Source: Octopus vulgaris (taxonomy: Eukaryota). Taken from it: a stretch of DNA of 64,000 nt. Of the stretch, positions 61,320 to 64,000 are shown one piece after another; within the stretch, counting starts at the first letter, position 1, and each line of letters opens with the position of its first letter. A program made the position numbers and the translations under genes. The stretch is taken from contig OX597830.1 in assembly GCA_951406725.2 (NCBI GenBank), forward strand, positions 49,600,001 to 49,664,000, written 5' to 3'. A model generated the notes under the pieces. That model was not told where the DNA came from, ran no database searches, and saw only the letters and a program-made list of their open reading frames with translations.

Positions 61320-62190
61320 CAGACAGGCAGAGAGAGGAGACAGAGTGAGAGAAAAAGTGAAGCAGAAAGATAGAGATATAGAGAGAGAGAGATAAAGAAA
61401 GAAAAAACTAATCTGGATACGTACTACAGTGTCAACTCTGACCTCTTTCCTCTCGGAATATCGGTAAACCCATTTTACGATTATTTAATATGCACGAATA
61501 CTTCAATGAGATAATACCGATGTAATAAAAAATGTCTTTTAACGTTCTTTGAGCCCATCTGTACCTAGAAATATATTTACTATAAGGAATCTGTTCAGAG
61601 TTAATGGAAAATTCAATGCCAATTTTTGAAAACTTTGTTGGTATGGAATTCCAATGTCATGGGTATATTCGTGTTCTAAAAGCATTTTAGTGTAGAAAAC
61701 TTTAAAAAAAAAACTATGAAATTATCTTCAGAAACTTCTGTAACATTCTGAATATTAATGAAGCTGTGGTCTAATTGATTTTCTTTCGTTTTTCTTTTTC
61801 TGTTCGGCTTCAGGCTATATTTAACGTTGTGGGTTTTAAAGATCATGAGGATCGATCCGCTAATACAATCGATCGCTTTTCGGATTGGTGGGTTGCTCTC
61901 ATATTTTATGCTAAACCGAGCAGTAAATAAGACTTGCAGGCACACTGATAAATTATTATTCACCAATATGGTACGGGTAAAATTTGCAAGCCAAATTGTT
62001 TATTAAATATCGTTCTGAAGTAAACAGATACTATCCCAGATACATTTGAAAGGTAATATTGACTTTTCATTGCAACTAATGGGAATTGATGTTTAGAAAC
62101 AGATATTGCATAATTCATACAGTCGATCTTTATACACACGAGCACTCGCACACGTGTGCATGTGCGCGCGCGAGCATATATACACTCACA

Positions 62191-62244
<54 letters not shown>

Positions 62245-62440
62245 TTGTAGGTAACGCCATGTCAAATGATGTAAGATAATAGGTACTTATAATTAGTGTT
62301 CAGGTCGAATTTGTACCGCCCTAACTCCAAATATAAATTCAAGGGTGTGATAATTGCCTAAAGGAATGTTCGCTGTAGTCATTGCATTCACTATAAGTAT
62401 AATCTACACACCTTTTTTCCTATGATCCCCATGCTAATTA

Positions 62441-62615
62441 TCTATATATATAAAACTGAGAATGTGTGTGTGTGTGTCTGTCTTTCTGTCTGTCTGTGTG
62501 AATCACTAAAACTTGAGAACTACACAACCAATTTCATTCAAATATAATACATGCATTACTTAAGGTCCATGTAGTGCCATGGGCAAAACAATTCTTAACT
62601 TCTTGCCTAGGGTGG
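62441..62615 (+). mobile_element. Possible non-autonomous Helitron-like 5' end
   Basis: A|TCTATATATATAAAA start followed by a short (TG)n/(TCTG)n tract, a layout common in non-autonomous Helitrons. The 3' end is not defined. Confidence 0.4.
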
Positions 62616-62701
62616 GCCCACAGCAATATCATATCTTCTCCACTGTTTCAGTATTACGTGTTAAAAGTGAAATACAAACATCTCTCTATTGTATGTATAT
62701 G

Positions 62702-62760
<59 letters not shown>

Positions 62761-62889
62761 GCATACATGTATGTCTTGATGTATATATATAGATGTACAT
62801 GTAATATATACCCATATATATACATATATATACATGCATACATATATACACACCTCCAACCCCCAACCCCCCACACACACACACATAAA

Positions 62890-63200
62890 TAGGTGCAGGT
62901 TTGGCTGTGTGGTAACGAACTTGGGTCCAAAACACATGGTCCTCAGTTCAGTCCCACTGTGTGGTAACTTGGTATGTGTCTTCTGCTAAAGCCTCAGTCG
63001 AACCAAAGTCTTGCCAGTGGATTTTGTAGACAGAAACTGACAGAAATCAACTGTATGTATATGTATGTATAAATGTAAGTCTATGTGTGTGTCTTTGTGT
63101 TTCTCCCTCATCACTGCTTCACAACTGGTGTTCGTTTACTTACATCCCCATATCTTACGGGTTTCACAAGAAGAAACTGATAGAATAAGTACCAGGCTTA
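62890..63200 (+). mobile_element. SINE family A copy; partial copies also at ~32855-33005(-), 36660-36840(+) and 60748-60905(-)
   Basis: TGGCTGTGTGGTAA...GTTCAGTCCCACTG head and body similarity. Confidence 0.8.
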
Positions 63201-63290
63201 TCAAAATATAAAAAAAAGCACTACGCATATTTTTGTTTGCCCTCTCAGTTGTATCTATCAATTTATCTTTGTTTGTGTGTGTGCGTGTGT

Positions 63291-63358
<68 letters not shown>

Positions 63359-63426
63359 ATTTCGTAGACAGGAACTGAAACAAATCAATCGTATATATAT
63401 GTATGTATATATGTAAGTGTATGTGT

Positions 63427-63633
63427 TTTGGTATTTGCAACATGAATGACAATGGTCAGAGACTACTTGAATTTTGCACATACCATGACCCGTGCAACAC
63501 CAACACACTCTTTGCCAACAAGACATCCCACAAGGCATCCTGGAGACATCCAAGATCTCACCACTGGCATCAGCTGGATCTCGTCATTACACGAAGATCC
63601 TTTCTGAATTCTGTTCAACTGACCCGTAGTTAA
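63427..63633 (+). mobile_element. Internal fragment of an RTE-clade LINE endonuclease domain
   Basis: FGICNMNDNGQRLLEFCTYHDPCNTNTLFANKTSHKASWRHPRSHHWHQLDLVITRR is the characteristic RTE/BovB APE segment (NxNGxxLLxFC...SWxHPRSxHWHxLD). Confidence 0.85.
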
Positions 63634-64000
63634 CACAGGATAATCTGAGAACTGAAGTTAAATAAAAACTCATACAAATCGGGAATAGTTGTTGCCATAA
63701 TTTCGGAATATTAATGTGGTGATCCTTGTTGTACATTCGAAACTATTTCTCACAGTTTAACTGATTATTTCTCTGGTGAACATATTTGATTATTGTCGTA
63801 ATGACAGCGACCTCTCATCTTCTCATAAACTTTTGCCAGCGTGTGTGTGTTGAGAGAAACAGAGAGGGGGAGAAAGAAGAGAAAGAGAGAAAGAAAGAGA
63901 GAGGAGTAAGAGCTGCGTGTATGTGCATTATATAGATGAGTATTTATATACGCACAGATGTGTGTGTGTGTGTGTGTGTGTGTACATGTACCCTAATATA

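Overview
AT-rich, microsatellite-saturated animal genomic DNA, probably intronic or intergenic. The repeat families suggest an octopus or other coleoid cephalopod (inference). No host protein-coding exon can be supported, and nearly all short ORFs in the track are translated (TA)n/(CA)n repeats. The main feature is a near-intact ~4.7 kb CR1-group LINE (about 21775-26473). Its ORF1 is unusual (Myb/SANT-like N-terminus, polyQ, two CCCH zinc fingers) and its APE+RT ORF2 is open for 989 codons. Two diverged 3' fragments of related LINEs also end in (TA)n. Other elements are a DD36E Tc1 relic, a DD34E IR/DR-type Tc1 relic, maT and mariner relics, R4/Dong and RTE LINE fragments, and three SINE families. 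The most notable unexplained signals are: several unrelated short elements in or near (TA)n that carry minimal hammerhead-ribozyme cores and Penelope-like inverted duplications; an in-frame U-UUU-UUA slippery site at the LINE ORF1/ORF2 junction; a helically phased CAGGTG/CAGGTA cluster; and a near-complete bulged complement to miR-8.
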